A program made the translations under genes and the position numbers. A model generated the notes under the pieces. That model was not told where the DNA came from. It did not search any database and saw only the letters and a program-made list of their open reading frames with translations. From the NCBI GenBank assembly GCA_001805965.1, contig MHHG01000005.1, positions 5,279-69,278 on the forward strand: a stretch of DNA of 64,000 nt. The letters run 5' to 3'. This DNA comes from Omnitrophica WOR_2 bacterium RIFOXYA2_FULL_38_17 (lineage in GTDB: Bacteria > Omnitrophota > Gorgyraeia > Zapsychrales > Zapsychraceae). Below are positions 29,745-39,847 of this stretch, piece by piece. The first letter of the stretch is position 1; each line of letters begins with the position of its first letter.

Positions 29745-30626
29745 ATGCAAAGCACATTAAAATACGCAATTTTATCATTAAGTACCATTGGTACTGTATC
29801 CGCGATCATTCTTTATTTCATTGCACAAAAGTTCAAAGTTATAGAAGACCCGAGGATTGATGATGTTGAACAAGTTTTGCCTTTAGCGAATTGTGGTGGC
29901 TGCGGATATCCCGGATGCAGGAATTTTGCAGAAGCTTGTGTCAACAAACATGATCTTGCCTGTTTATATTGTCCAGTTGGTGGTCCTGCTACGATGCAAA
30001 AAATAGCTAAAATTCTGGGACTAGAAGCTGGCGAGCAAATACCAATGATAGCTGTAGTAAGATGTTCAGGTTCACCTGAAAATAGGCCAAAAACAACAAT
30101 TTATGACAGCGTAAAAAATTGTCTAATAGCTTCAAGTGTTTATAGTGGCGATACAGGCTGTGAATATGGGTGCTTGGGCCTTGGAGATTGTGTTGCTTCT
30201 TGTTTATTTGATGCAATACATATAAACGAAAAAACTAGTTTGCCAGAAGTTGATCAAGATAAATGCACCGCATGTAACGCATGTGTTAAAGCATGTCCAA
30301 AGAAAATTATTGAACTCAGAAAAAAAGGGCCTAAAGATAGGCGTGTTTTTGTATCTTGCATAAATAAAGAAAAGGGAGCCATTGCTAGAAAAAGCTGTAA
30401 AGTTGCCTGCATTGCCTGCATGAAATGCCAAAAAGAATGCCCTTTTGATGCAATCACTGTAGAGAATTTTCTTGCTTACATAGATTTTGAAAAATGTAAA
30501 CTGTGCAGAAAATGTGTCGCTGTCTGTCCAACTTCGGCGATCTTAGAAACAAATTTTCCACCAAAAAAAGATTCAGAGCTTAATAAAGAACCAATTGTTA
30601 CTCAAGAAAATAATACAAATGTCTAA
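29745..30626 (+). CDS. rnfB: Rnf complex subunit B (Fe-S)
   Basis: There is an N-terminal TM helix, CGGCGYPGC, and several CxxCxxCxxxCP ferredoxin motifs. Confidence 0.8.
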   Translation: MQSTLKYAILSLSTIGTVSAIILYFIAQKFKVIEDPRIDDVEQVLPLANCGGCGYPGCRNFAEACVNKHDLACLYCPVGGPATMQKIAKILGLEAGEQIPMIAVVRCSGSPENRPKTTIYDSVKNCLIASSVYSGDTGCEYGCLGLGDCVASCLFDAIHINEKTSLPEVDQDKCTACNACVKACPKKIIELRKKGPKDRRVFVSCINKEKGAIARKSCKVACIACMKCQKECPFDAITVENFLAYIDFEKCKLCRKCVAVCPTSAILETNFPPKKDSELNKEPIVTQENNTNV

Positions 30627-31962
30627 AGGTTTAAAAACATTTCCAGTCGGTGGTGTTCATTCATGTGATAACAAGCTTTCTGCGTCCAAGCAGATAGAAT
30701 CAGTCGCTTTGCCAACTATTGTAAGTATTCCGTTATCTCAACATATCGGTGCTCCTGCTATGCCTATAGTAAAACCTCTTGATAAGGTTAAAGTTGGCCA
30801 GCTTATAGCAAAGGCAAGCGGTTTTGTTTCGGCAAATATTCACTCCTCAGTTTCTGGAACTGTTAAGAAAATCGATGATGTTCCTGACTCATGTGGATAT
30901 AAAAGGCCTGCAGTTATTATCGATGTTGAAGGCGATATCTGGGAAGAAAATATAGATAGAACGGATTCTTTATTAAAGGAAATAATATTTGATCAAAAAT
31001 CCATTATAGAAAAGATCCAAGCGGCAGGAATAGTCGGCCTTGGTGGCGCAACTTTTCCTACACATGTCAAATTATCTGTACCAAAAGGAAAGACCTGTGA
31101 GTACCTTTTGATAAATGGTGTAGAATGCGAGCCGTATCTAACAAGTGATCACAGATTGATGCTTGAGAAGACAGAAGAGATTTTTGTAGGCATTATAATA
31201 GTAATGAAAGCACTTGGTGTTCCTAAAGCAATAATTGGCATTGAAAACAATAAAAAAGATGCAATTGATAAAATGTCAGCGATCTCTAATAATTATAAAG
31301 GCATTTCAGTGCAAGCATTAAAGGTTCAATATCCTCAGGGCGGAGAAAAGCAGCTTGCCAAAGCCTTAATTAATAGGGAAATCCCCGCACCGCCAGGATT
31401 GCCAATTGACGTTGGCTGTGTTATTCAAAATGTCGGTACAATTTATGCTATATATGAGGCCGTCCAAAAAAACAAGCCTTTGATAGAACGAGTTGTTACA
31501 ATTACCGGAAAATCGATTAAAAAGCCTTCAAATTTTTTAGCCAGGATAGGAACTCCCATAAGTATTTTAATTCAGGCTACAGGAGGACTTCCAGAAGATA
31601 CCGGCAAAATTATAAGTGGTGGCCCAATGATGGGCAAAGCAATAAACACTACGGATATTCCCGTATCTAAAGGTACTTCCGGCATCCTTGTTTTACCTGA
31701 GGAACTGTCAAACAGGAAAAATGCAAATAACTGCATACTTTGCGCAAAATGTGTTTCCGTATGTCCGCTCGGATTAGAACCGTATCTTTTATCAAAGCTT
31801 TCTTTAAAATCCTTGTTTGACAAAGCAGAAAATGAGCAGGTTGTAAATTGTATAGAATGCGGTTGCTGCAGTTATAATTGCCCGGCTAAGATACCTTTGT
31901 TAGATTTCATTAGATTAGCCAAGACAACTGTAATGAAAAATATTAGGAATAGAGTAAAATAA
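30619..31962 (+). CDS. rnfC: Rnf complex subunit C
   Basis: The RnfC/NqrA-like N-terminus is present, with two C-terminal 4Fe-4S motifs (CILCAKCVSVCP, CIECGCCSYNCP). The ATG at 30619 overlaps the rnfB stop (the track ORF begins at 30595). Confidence 0.8.
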   Translation: MSKGLKTFPVGGVHSCDNKLSASKQIESVALPTIVSIPLSQHIGAPAMPIVKPLDKVKVGQLIAKASGFVSANIHSSVSGTVKKIDDVPDSCGYKRPAVIIDVEGDIWEENIDRTDSLLKEIIFDQKSIIEKIQAAGIVGLGGATFPTHVKLSVPKGKTCEYLLINGVECEPYLTSDHRLMLEKTEEIFVGIIIVMKALGVPKAIIGIENNKKDAIDKMSAISNNYKGISVQALKVQYPQGGEKQLAKALINREIPAPPGLPIDVGCVIQNVGTIYAIYEAVQKNKPLIERVVTITGKSIKKPSNFLARIGTPISILIQATGGLPEDTGKIISGGPMMGKAINTTDIPVSKGTSGILVLPEELSNRKNANNCILCAKCVSVCPLGLEPYLLSKLSLKSLFDKAENEQVVNCIECGCCSYNCPAKIPLLDFIRLAKTTVMKNIRNRVK

Positions 31963-32960
31963 TGAATAATAACCTTTTAAAAGTATCCTTATCGCCACAT
32001 ATTTCAGGAAAAGGATCTGTAAAATCCATAATGTACGGGGTAATTATAGCTTTAATGCCTGCATTTATAGCAGGCTTGTACTTTTTTGGTATAGGGGCGC
32101 TTAGGGTCACTTTAACTGCAGTAGTTGCATGCGTGCTTTTTGAATACGTTATACAAAAATATCTTCTCAAAGTAGAATCAACAATTTCCGATGGATCCGC
32201 AATTATTACTGGCCTGCTTCTGGCATACAACGTCCCAAGTAATTTACCTCCAAATATCATAATACTTGGAAGCTTAGTAGCTATTGGAATAGCAAAGATG
32301 TCTTTTGGAGGATTAGGCAACAATCCGTTTAATCCCGCTTTGGTCGGCAGAGTTTTCTTGCTGATATCTTTTCCAGTCGATATGACTAGCTGGCCAAAAC
32401 CTATTCTGACAAGGGCATCTGCTATCGACGCTGTTACTGCAGCAACACCGCTTGCAATAGTAAAAGAAGGACTTGCTGGCGGTACACCTTATTCAAAACT
32501 GCTAACACAAATACCATCATACTGGGATCTGTTCATCGGCAACGTAGGTGGATGCATCGGTGAGGTTTCTGCCTTAGCATTGATAATTGGCCTTTTTTAT
32601 ATGTTGTACAAAAAAATTATTACATGGCATATTCCAGTCTCAATGACCGGTTCAATTTTTATTTTTACAGGAATTATGTGCCTGATAAATCCACAGTCTA
32701 ATGCAGACCCGTTTTTTCATATCCTGACTGGTGGTGTTTTGCTAGGTGCTATCTTTATGGCAACAGATATGGTTACTTCGCCTATGACCCCTAAAGGTAT
32801 GCTTATTTTCGGATCAGCCATTGGTATTTTAACTGTGATTATTCGAGTATTCGGAGCATATCCTGAAGGGGTATCTTTTTCTATCTTGATCATGAATGCC
32901 TTCGTGCCGTTAATAAATAAATTTTGCAAGCCAAAACGCTTTGGAGAAATAATAAAATAA
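31962..32960 (+). CDS. rnfD: Rnf complex subunit D (NqrB-like)
   Basis: It is a polytopic membrane protein with the conserved FMATDxVTSP motif. Confidence 0.8.
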   Translation: MNNNLLKVSLSPHISGKGSVKSIMYGVIIALMPAFIAGLYFFGIGALRVTLTAVVACVLFEYVIQKYLLKVESTISDGSAIITGLLLAYNVPSNLPPNIIILGSLVAIGIAKMSFGGLGNNPFNPALVGRVFLLISFPVDMTSWPKPILTRASAIDAVTAATPLAIVKEGLAGGTPYSKLLTQIPSYWDLFIGNVGGCIGEVSALALIIGLFYMLYKKIITWHIPVSMTGSIFIFTGIMCLINPQSNADPFFHILTGGVLLGAIFMATDMVTSPMTPKGMLIFGSAIGILTVIIRVFGAYPEGVSFSILIMNAFVPLINKFCKPKRFGEIIK

Positions 32961-33538
32961 TGGCTAATAAAGAATCAACATTTATAAATATGGTAGCTAC
33001 ACTGTTCATCGTGACATTCATTTCATCAGCGGCTGTAGGCTATGTATATGAAGCTACCAAAGAGCCTATTGCGCAAGCAAGGCTTGAGAAAAAAACTATT
33101 GCTATACGGGCAGTCGTGCCTGATTTTGACAATAAACCCATTGATGAAACATATACTATAAATTCCAATGTCGGGCCATTATCCTGTTACCCTGCAAAAC
33201 AGGGAGGTCAATTAGTCGGAACTGCTATTGAAGCAATTACGAATAAAGGCTTTGGGGGAACAGTGAAATTAATGGTAGGTCTTCTTCCAAACGGCGTAAT
33301 TAAAGATATTGCTGTTCTTGAGCACAAAGAGACTCCGGGCCTTGGGGATAAAATGGATAAAAGCAAATCTGATTTTAGTATTCAATTTAACGGCAAAGAT
33401 CCCTCTAAAATGAAATTAACCGTATCAAAAGATGGTGGTGATATAAACGCAATAACTGCCGCTACGATCAGCTCTAGGGCCTTTTGTGATGCTGTTCAAA
33501 CAGCATACACTTCATATATGAAAGAAGGAAAACAATGA
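32960..33538 (+). CDS. rnfG: Rnf complex subunit G (FMN-binding)
   Basis: An FMN-binding domain is present with the …ITAATISSRA motif. The in-frame ATG at 32960 overlaps the rnfD stop (the track ORF begins at 32924). Confidence 0.75.
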   Translation: MANKESTFINMVATLFIVTFISSAAVGYVYEATKEPIAQARLEKKTIAIRAVVPDFDNKPIDETYTINSNVGPLSCYPAKQGGQLVGTAIEAITNKGFGGTVKLMVGLLPNGVIKDIAVLEHKETPGLGDKMDKSKSDFSIQFNGKDPSKMKLTVSKDGGDINAITAATISSRAFCDAVQTAYTSYMKEGKQ

Positions 33539-34143
33539 ACCAGTGGGATAATTTTAAAAAAGGTTTTTTAAAAGAAAATCCTGTTTTTGTATTGTTGCTT
33601 GGATTGTGCCCTACTCTAGGGGTGACCACATCAGCCTTAAACGGCCTTGCAATGGGTCTTGCAACAGCCTTTGTACTAGTAATGTCAAACAGTGTAATTT
33701 CCCTGATTAAAAACCTGATCCCTAGTAAAGTCAGAATTCCATCTTTCATTGTTGTAATAGCTTCTTTTGTTACTATTGTTGACCTTGTTATGGCAGGCTA
33801 TGCTCCGGCACTGCATGCAAAATTAGGATTATTTATTCCCCTTATAGTTGTCAATTGCATTGTTCTTGGAAGAGCCGAAGGCTTTGCATCAAAGAACAAT
33901 TTACTTTCATCTTTAATTGACGGAGCCAGCATGGGCCTTGGTTTCGCATTTGCATTAACAATTTTAGGCGGAATAAGAGAGCTGCTGGGAGGGGGAGCTT
34001 TCTTCGGGCATAAATTTATAACAGGTGATGGGATACTTATCTTTGTTTTGGCCCCGGGAGCATTTATTGTTTTGGGATATTTGATCGCAATAGTTAATAT
34101 AATCAACAAATCAAAAGCGAAAGCTCATTGCAGCACTGACTAA
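33535..34143 (+). CDS. rnfE: Rnf complex subunit E
   Basis: It is NqrD/RnfE-like, with LGLCPTLGVTT. Its start overlaps the previous stop (ATGA). Confidence 0.8.
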   Translation: MNQWDNFKKGFLKENPVFVLLLGLCPTLGVTTSALNGLAMGLATAFVLVMSNSVISLIKNLIPSKVRIPSFIVVIASFVTIVDLVMAGYAPALHAKLGLFIPLIVVNCIVLGRAEGFASKNNLLSSLIDGASMGLGFAFALTILGGIRELLGGGAFFGHKFITGDGILIFVLAPGAFIVLGYLIAIVNIINKSKAKAHCSTD

Positions 34144-34153
34144 GGAATATTAA

Positions 34154-34726
34154 ATGGAATATTTTTCAATAATAATATCTGCGATATTCGTAAACAATAT
34201 AGTCCTTACACAATTCTTAGGGATATGTCCCTTTTTAGGCGTCTCAAATAAAGTTGAAACAGCTTTAGGAATGGGTGGTGCTGTTTTATTCGTAATGACC
34301 CTTTCAACAATAGTCACCTATTTAGTCCAAAATTACATTCTAGTACCTTTAAACATCGGATATCTTCAGACGATCACTTATATTCTTGTAATAGCTGCGC
34401 TTGTCCAAATGGTCGAAATCATACTTAAAAAAGTTAGTCCCGCATTATATCAAGCGTTAGGCGTATTTTTGCCCTTAATAACAACAAATTGCACCATTCT
34501 GGGAGTTGCTATTCTTGTCATTCAAAAAGAATATAATCTTATTGAAAGCGTATTATTTGCTATCTCAAATGCCTGTGGCTTTGCTTTAGCCCTTATTATC
34601 TTCTCAGGACTCCGTGAAAACCTGGATCTTGTTGAGATTCCTGAAGCTTTAAAAGGGGTTCCCATAGCTCTAATTATAGCAGGCCTCTTATCATTGGCTT
34701 TCATGGGTTTTGCAGGCATAGTATAA
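34154..34726 (+). CDS. rnfA: Rnf complex subunit A
   Basis: It is NqrE/RnfA-like, with FLGICPFLGVS. Confidence 0.8.
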   Translation: MEYFSIIISAIFVNNIVLTQFLGICPFLGVSNKVETALGMGGAVLFVMTLSTIVTYLVQNYILVPLNIGYLQTITYILVIAALVQMVEIILKKVSPALYQALGVFLPLITTNCTILGVAILVIQKEYNLIESVLFAISNACGFALALIIFSGLRENLDLVEIPEALKGVPIALIIAGLLSLAFMGFAGIV

Positions 34727-34751
34727 ATTTCTATTATAATTAATAACTATC

Positions 34752-35597
34752 ATGAATAAAATTATTGAGAAAATCCAATTATCCGAATTAGTCTATCAAT
34801 TAAAAGTAGAAGCACCACTTATTGCAACTGAGAGAAAACCTGGACAATTTATACTGCTTTTGCTATCTGAGGAGGGAGAGCGCATTCCTTTAACTATATC
34901 TGATGCAGACCCCAAAAAAGGATCTATAACATTGATCTTTCAGGTCGTTGGAAAGACAACCCACCTTCTGGCAGAGCTCAACAAAGGTGATTTTATAGCA
35001 AATTTAGTTGGGCCACTGGGAACACCAACTCATATTGAAAACTTTGGTTCAGTTGTTTGTGTCGGAGGCGGGATTGGGGCTGCTCCATTATATCCAATTG
35101 TGCAAGGCCTAAAAAATGCTGGAAACAAGGTCACTGTTATTTTAGGTGCAAGAAACAAAGAACTTTTAATATTAGAGAATAAAATGAAAGCATCTTCTGA
35201 TGAACTAATTATATGTACAGATGATGGCTCATATGGCAGAAAATGTCTTGTTACAGAACCATTAAAAGAGCTTTGTGAACAAAACAATAAACCTGACCTG
35301 GTTGTCGCTATCGGTCCTCCTATAATGATGAAGTTTTGTTCAGAAACCACACGGCCTTTTAACGTATCAACAGTAGTATCATTAAATACAATAATGGTCG
35401 ATGGCACGGGAATGTGCGGTGGCTGCAGGGTCATTGTTGGTGATAAAACAAAATTCGTTTGCGTTGATGGCCCTGAATTTGATGGCCATTTAGTCGATTT
35501 TGATAATATGATGAACCGGCTGAACGCTTATAAAAAACATGAAAACTCAGACCATCATCAATGCCATATTGATCTAAAAATTAAAGATAAAGAATAA
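34752..35597 (+). CDS. NfnA/SudB-like ferredoxin-NADP oxidoreductase small subunit (PyrK-like FAD/2Fe-2S)
   Basis: It has an FAD/NAD-binding fold and a C-terminal CGGCRV...C cluster motif. It is paired with a GltD-like subunit downstream. Confidence 0.65.
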   Translation: MNKIIEKIQLSELVYQLKVEAPLIATERKPGQFILLLLSEEGERIPLTISDADPKKGSITLIFQVVGKTTHLLAELNKGDFIANLVGPLGTPTHIENFGSVVCVGGGIGAAPLYPIVQGLKNAGNKVTVILGARNKELLILENKMKASSDELIICTDDGSYGRKCLVTEPLKELCEQNNKPDLVVAIGPPIMMKFCSETTRPFNVSTVVSLNTIMVDGTGMCGGCRVIVGDKTKFVCVDGPEFDGHLVDFDNMMNRLNAYKKHENSDHHQCHIDLKIKDKE

Positions 35598-35599
35598 CT

Positions 35600-37087
35600 A
35601 TGGCTTACGTACCACCTAAAAAATTAGCCCATGATGCAAAATTACTGCTTGAAGAATTGAAATCAAAAAAAGAACCTTTAACTCCAAAAGACAGAATTTC
35701 AATTCCACCTCAAGAAATGCCTGCTCAAAACCCAAATGATCGCAATGAAAATATGAACGAAGTTGCTCTTGGATATTTTGCTGAGCAAGCAAAGCTAGAG
35801 GCTATGAGATGTCTACAATGCAAAAATGCACCTTGCATTGAAGGCTGTCCAGTAAGAATAGATATACCGGCATTTATCAAAGCCATAACTCAGGAAGACT
35901 TTAAAAAAGCTATCGGAATAATAAAGAACAACAGCTTACTTGCAGCTGTATGTGGAAGAGTATGTCCACAAGAAACACAATGCCAAGAACCATGCACTGT
36001 AGGAAAATCCCTAAAAGACGTTAATAAAGCTGTTTCAATCGGCAGATTGGAAAGATACGTCGCAGATTGGGAAAGACTCCAAAAAAATATAGCTGAGCCT
36101 GTAATCAAGCCAACTACTGGGAAAAAAGTAGCAATAGTCGGCTGCGGTCCTGCAGGCATTACAGTTGCCGCGGATGTAAGAAGAGAAGGCCATGCAGTGA
36201 CAATATTCGAGGCTTTTCACAAAACAGGCGGTGTTCTTGTTTACGGTATACCTGAGTTCCGACTTCCAAAGAAGATCGTCCAAGAAGAAGTGGATTTTTT
36301 AAAAAAAATGGGTGTTGTAATTAAAACTAATTTTATTGTAGGAAGAACAAGAAAACTGACTGACCTTATGGGAAAAGATGGTTATGATGCTGTCTTCATC
36401 GGCTCGGGTGCCGGATTACCAAGATTTATGAATATTGAAGGAGAGAACCTTGTCGGCGTTTTTTCAGCAAATGAATATTTAACCCGATCTAATTTAATGA
36501 AGGCTTATGATAGAGAACATGCTGATACTCCAATTTTTGATTCAAAGATAGTCGCCGTATTAGGGGGCGGAAATGTTGCGATGGATGCTGCAAGAACAGC
36601 TTTAAGGATCGGAGCAAAAGAAGTTCATCTTATATATCGCAGGACAGAATCCGAAATGCCGGCAAGAGTTGAAGAGGTAACCCACGCAAAAGAAGAAGGC
36701 GTGATATTCCACATTTTACAGAATGCTAAACGAATTATTGGCGATCAGACCGGCAATGTAAAAGCGATCGAATGTTTAAAATATAAACTTGGTGAGCCAG
36801 ATGATTCAGGCAGAAGAAGGCCTGTTGTAATTGATGGCAGTGAATTCATTATTGACGTTGATACAGTTATTGTTGCAATTGGCAATGATTCCAATCCATT
36901 GATCAAACAAACAACTCCATCGCTTGTAACAAATAAGTGGTGCAATATTGTTGTTGACGAAAACTGTAAAACATCAATTGACGGCATTTATGCCGGTGGC
37001 GATATTGTATTGGGTGCTGCAACAGTAATTCTGGCAATGGGACAGGGCCGCATAGCTGCTAGGTCTATTAATGAATATTTAAAGTAG
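35600..37087 (+). CDS. NfnB/SudA/GltD-like NADPH-dependent oxidoreductase large subunit
   Basis: Two N-terminal 4Fe-4S motifs are present (CLQCKNAPC..GCP; CGRVCP). The Rossmann motif is VAIVGCGPAG, and a second FAD/NAD site is also present. Confidence 0.75.
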   Translation: MAYVPPKKLAHDAKLLLEELKSKKEPLTPKDRISIPPQEMPAQNPNDRNENMNEVALGYFAEQAKLEAMRCLQCKNAPCIEGCPVRIDIPAFIKAITQEDFKKAIGIIKNNSLLAAVCGRVCPQETQCQEPCTVGKSLKDVNKAVSIGRLERYVADWERLQKNIAEPVIKPTTGKKVAIVGCGPAGITVAADVRREGHAVTIFEAFHKTGGVLVYGIPEFRLPKKIVQEEVDFLKKMGVVIKTNFIVGRTRKLTDLMGKDGYDAVFIGSGAGLPRFMNIEGENLVGVFSANEYLTRSNLMKAYDREHADTPIFDSKIVAVLGGGNVAMDAARTALRIGAKEVHLIYRRTESEMPARVEEVTHAKEEGVIFHILQNAKRIIGDQTGNVKAIECLKYKLGEPDDSGRRRPVVIDGSEFIIDVDTVIVAIGNDSNPLIKQTTPSLVTNKWCNIVVDENCKTSIDGIYAGGDIVLGAATVILAMGQGRIAARSINEYLK

Positions 37088-37134
37088 AGCTGCATCAAAA
37101 CACAAAGGCTTTTAAGATAGCATCCTTAAAAACT

Positions 37135-38163
37135 ATGAATTCAAATAATAAATCTAAACTCGCAAGATTTTGGGAACAAATTGAAAAAGATACAATAAAG
37201 TGCACTCTATGCCCAAGACATTGTATTTTGAAGAATGGCCGATCTGGATTCTGTTTTGTAAGGCAAAACCTATCAGGAAAAATGGTCCTTATAACATACG
37301 GAAGAAGCAGCGGATTTTGTATTGATCCTATTGAAAAAAAACCTCTTAATCATTTCTATCCTGGAAGTAAAATCCTTTCATTCGGCACGGCCGGTTGCAA
37401 TTTAGGATGTAAATTCTGCCAGAATTGGGACCTAAGCAGATCCAGGGAATTTGACAGAATGACTGAAAAAGCTTCACCTGCAGAAATAGCTTTAGCAGCA
37501 AAAACCCATGATTGCAAAAGTGTTGCTTTTACATATAATGACCCAATTATATTTGCAGAATATGCAAGTGACACAGCAATTGAGTGCCATAAACTTGATA
37601 TAAAAACAGTTGCTGTAACTGCCGGATATATCACCGATGAGGCAAGGCCTTATTTTTTTGAACATATTGATGCCGCAAATGTGGATCTAAAGAGCTTTTC
37701 TGATGATTTTTATGAGAAATACTGTTCGGGACAGATTGAGCCTGTGTTGAAAACATTAGTATATCTTAAGGAAAGAACTGATGTGTGGTTTGAGATCACT
37801 AATTTGATAATTCCAGGCTTAAATGATACTGACCAAGAAATCAAGAATATGACAAAATGGATATTTACGAATCTGGGGAAGAATGTTCCACTGCATTTTA
37901 GCGCTTTTCATCCAATTTATAAAATGACCGATAGAAAAGCAACTCCAGAGGAAACTCTGATAAAAGCTAGGGATATTGCCCTGGATTCGGGATTACAACA
38001 TGTATATACCGGCAATATCCATCATAAAGAAAGCTCCAGCACTTATTGTTCAAATTGTAAGAACCTCTTAATTGAAAGAGACTGGTACACGATCGGAGAA
38101 TATAATTTAGTTAATAATAACCATTGTCCAAACTGTTCAACTGTTTGTGCCGGCATATTTTGA
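37135..38163 (+). CDS. AmmeMemoRadiSam-system radical SAM enzyme (PFL-activase-like)
   Basis: The N-terminal motif CTLCPRHC is followed by the radical SAM motif CNLGCKFCQNW. The C-terminal Cys pairs are CSNC...CPNC. Confidence 0.7.
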   Translation: MNSNNKSKLARFWEQIEKDTIKCTLCPRHCILKNGRSGFCFVRQNLSGKMVLITYGRSSGFCIDPIEKKPLNHFYPGSKILSFGTAGCNLGCKFCQNWDLSRSREFDRMTEKASPAEIALAAKTHDCKSVAFTYNDPIIFAEYASDTAIECHKLDIKTVAVTAGYITDEARPYFFEHIDAANVDLKSFSDDFYEKYCSGQIEPVLKTLVYLKERTDVWFEITNLIIPGLNDTDQEIKNMTKWIFTNLGKNVPLHFSAFHPIYKMTDRKATPEETLIKARDIALDSGLQHVYTGNIHHKESSSTYCSNCKNLLIERDWYTIGEYNLVNNNHCPNCSTVCAGIF

Positions 38164-38174
38164 GAAAACAAATA

Positions 38175-38936
38175 ATGAGAATATTAAGCTGGAACGTCAA
38201 CGGAATAAGGGCAATTGAAAAGAAGGGTTTTCTTGATTTTCTGCAAAAGGAATCTCCCGACATTTTATGCCTTCAAGAAACAAAATGTAACCCAGAGCAG
38301 CTAACAGACAAGCTTTTAGCTCCCAAAGAATACAAGAGCTATTGGTCATCAGCTGAAAAGAAAGGTTATAGCGGGGTCTGTATTTATACAAAGGAAGAAC
38401 CTGTTTCTGTAAAACACGGCTTTGGGATTGAAGAATTTGACTCAGAAGGAAGGATTTTAATTTTAGAGTTTAAGGACTTTGACCTGTTTAATATTTACTA
38501 TCCCAATGGCGGCGCAGCGAACAAACGTGTTCCTTACAAACTGGATTTCTATAAAGCTTTTCTTGATCATGCAAATAAACTCAAGAAGAAAGGCAAAAAG
38601 CTTATTATTTGTGGTGATGTTAATACTGCTCACAATGAGATAGACCTAGCCAGACCAAAGAGCAATGAAAATAATACCGGATTCCTTCCAGAAGAAAGAG
38701 CTTGGATAACAAAGTTCATTGATAATGGATTTATTGATACTTTTCGCCAATTCAACAATGAGCCTGGACATTATACCTGGTGGGACTATAAGACAAAAGC
38801 CAGGGAGCGCGACGTAGGATGGCGTATAGATTACTTTTTTATAACTGAAAATTTACTTTCAAAATTAAAAAAAGCATTTATAATGAAATATATTCTTGGC
38901 TCTGACCACTGTCCGACAGGAATTGAGCTCCAATAA
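38175..38936 (+). CDS. xth: Exodeoxyribonuclease III
   Basis: MRILSWNVNGIRA and the ...GDVNTAHNEIDL... catalytic motifs are present (the track ORF begins at 38124). Confidence 0.85.
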   Translation: MRILSWNVNGIRAIEKKGFLDFLQKESPDILCLQETKCNPEQLTDKLLAPKEYKSYWSSAEKKGYSGVCIYTKEEPVSVKHGFGIEEFDSEGRILILEFKDFDLFNIYYPNGGAANKRVPYKLDFYKAFLDHANKLKKKGKKLIICGDVNTAHNEIDLARPKSNENNTGFLPEERAWITKFIDNGFIDTFRQFNNEPGHYTWWDYKTKARERDVGWRIDYFFITENLLSKLKKAFIMKYILGSDHCPTGIELQ

Positions 38937-38991
38937 TTAACAGAAAAACAAATCAAGCTTCTTATAAAACCAGCAATCAAAAGAATACAAT

Positions 38992-39564
38992 ATGCCAGCT
39001 AAATCAAATGAATCTGATCTTAAATCACTTGCAAAGAAACTATCAGAATATGTTGAATCAACTTTTGAACAACTATGCAAAACATCTTTCATCGGTGAAC
39101 CAGAGATAATCGTTAAAGATATTATTGAATACAAAACCCGCATGCGGTTATTTGGCCTTGAAAAATTTAATGGTCCTTGCTATATCTCAGCTGTAAATCT
39201 ATATTTAAACGATAATGAACTGAAAAAGGACCATGCCCTTGGAGCAGTTATTCTGTATATTGAGGAATCAGTTGCTTCAGGCCTACTTAAAGCAACCGGA
39301 CAAAAAGGCATAGATTGTGAGGATTTTGACTCTATAACAAACTATACTGGGGAATTCTGCAGCAATATTGTCAGTCAGTTCAAGAATCACCTTATATCCT
39401 CAGGTTACACCAACATAGTTATGTCTGCACCTTCTAATCATCAGGATGATATACCCCTAGGTGTTAATTTTAAATTTTCTGAGAACAAGTATTGCGAACT
39501 TAGCTTTGTCTTGAAAAAAGAACCGGCAATAAAAGTAGATTTCACAATAGGGCCAGCGAAATAA
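38992..39564 (+). CDS. Hypothetical protein (possible CheX/CheC-like fold)
   Basis: It is a 190-aa ORF with no firm motif. The assignment is weak. Confidence 0.3.
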   Translation: MPAKSNESDLKSLAKKLSEYVESTFEQLCKTSFIGEPEIIVKDIIEYKTRMRLFGLEKFNGPCYISAVNLYLNDNELKKDHALGAVILYIEESVASGLLKATGQKGIDCEDFDSITNYTGEFCSNIVSQFKNHLISSGYTNIVMSAPSNHQDDIPLGVNFKFSENKYCELSFVLKKEPAIKVDFTIGPAK

Positions 39565-39598
39565 TTAAAATAAAAATAAATTAATTAGAGAATAACAA

Positions 39599-39772
39599 AT
39601 GTCAATATTTTATGATCCCCTTAAAAAAAAGCCGCGTAAATGGGTATTTATCACTTTAGTATCAATACCATTTATTCTAATGCTTATTACCTTGGTAATA
39701 GGTAAATACAAAATTAAAAAGAATTCAAACAAGCCTGAAGAACAAGTAGAAGATATTTTAGAAAAATTTTAA
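39599..39772 (+). CDS. Small hypothetical single-pass membrane protein (57 aa)
   Basis: An ATG ORF is not in the track. It has a central hydrophobic helix (WVFITLVSIPFILMLITLVIG) flanked by Lys-rich segments. Confidence 0.3.
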   Translation: MSIFYDPLKKKPRKWVFITLVSIPFILMLITLVIGKYKIKKNSNKPEEQVEDILEKF

Positions 39773-39847
39773 TTTCTATATGCAAGATTCGCGCATAAAG
39801 AAAATAATTCCCTTCCTAAATCCATTATTAATCAATGATACTAAGTC

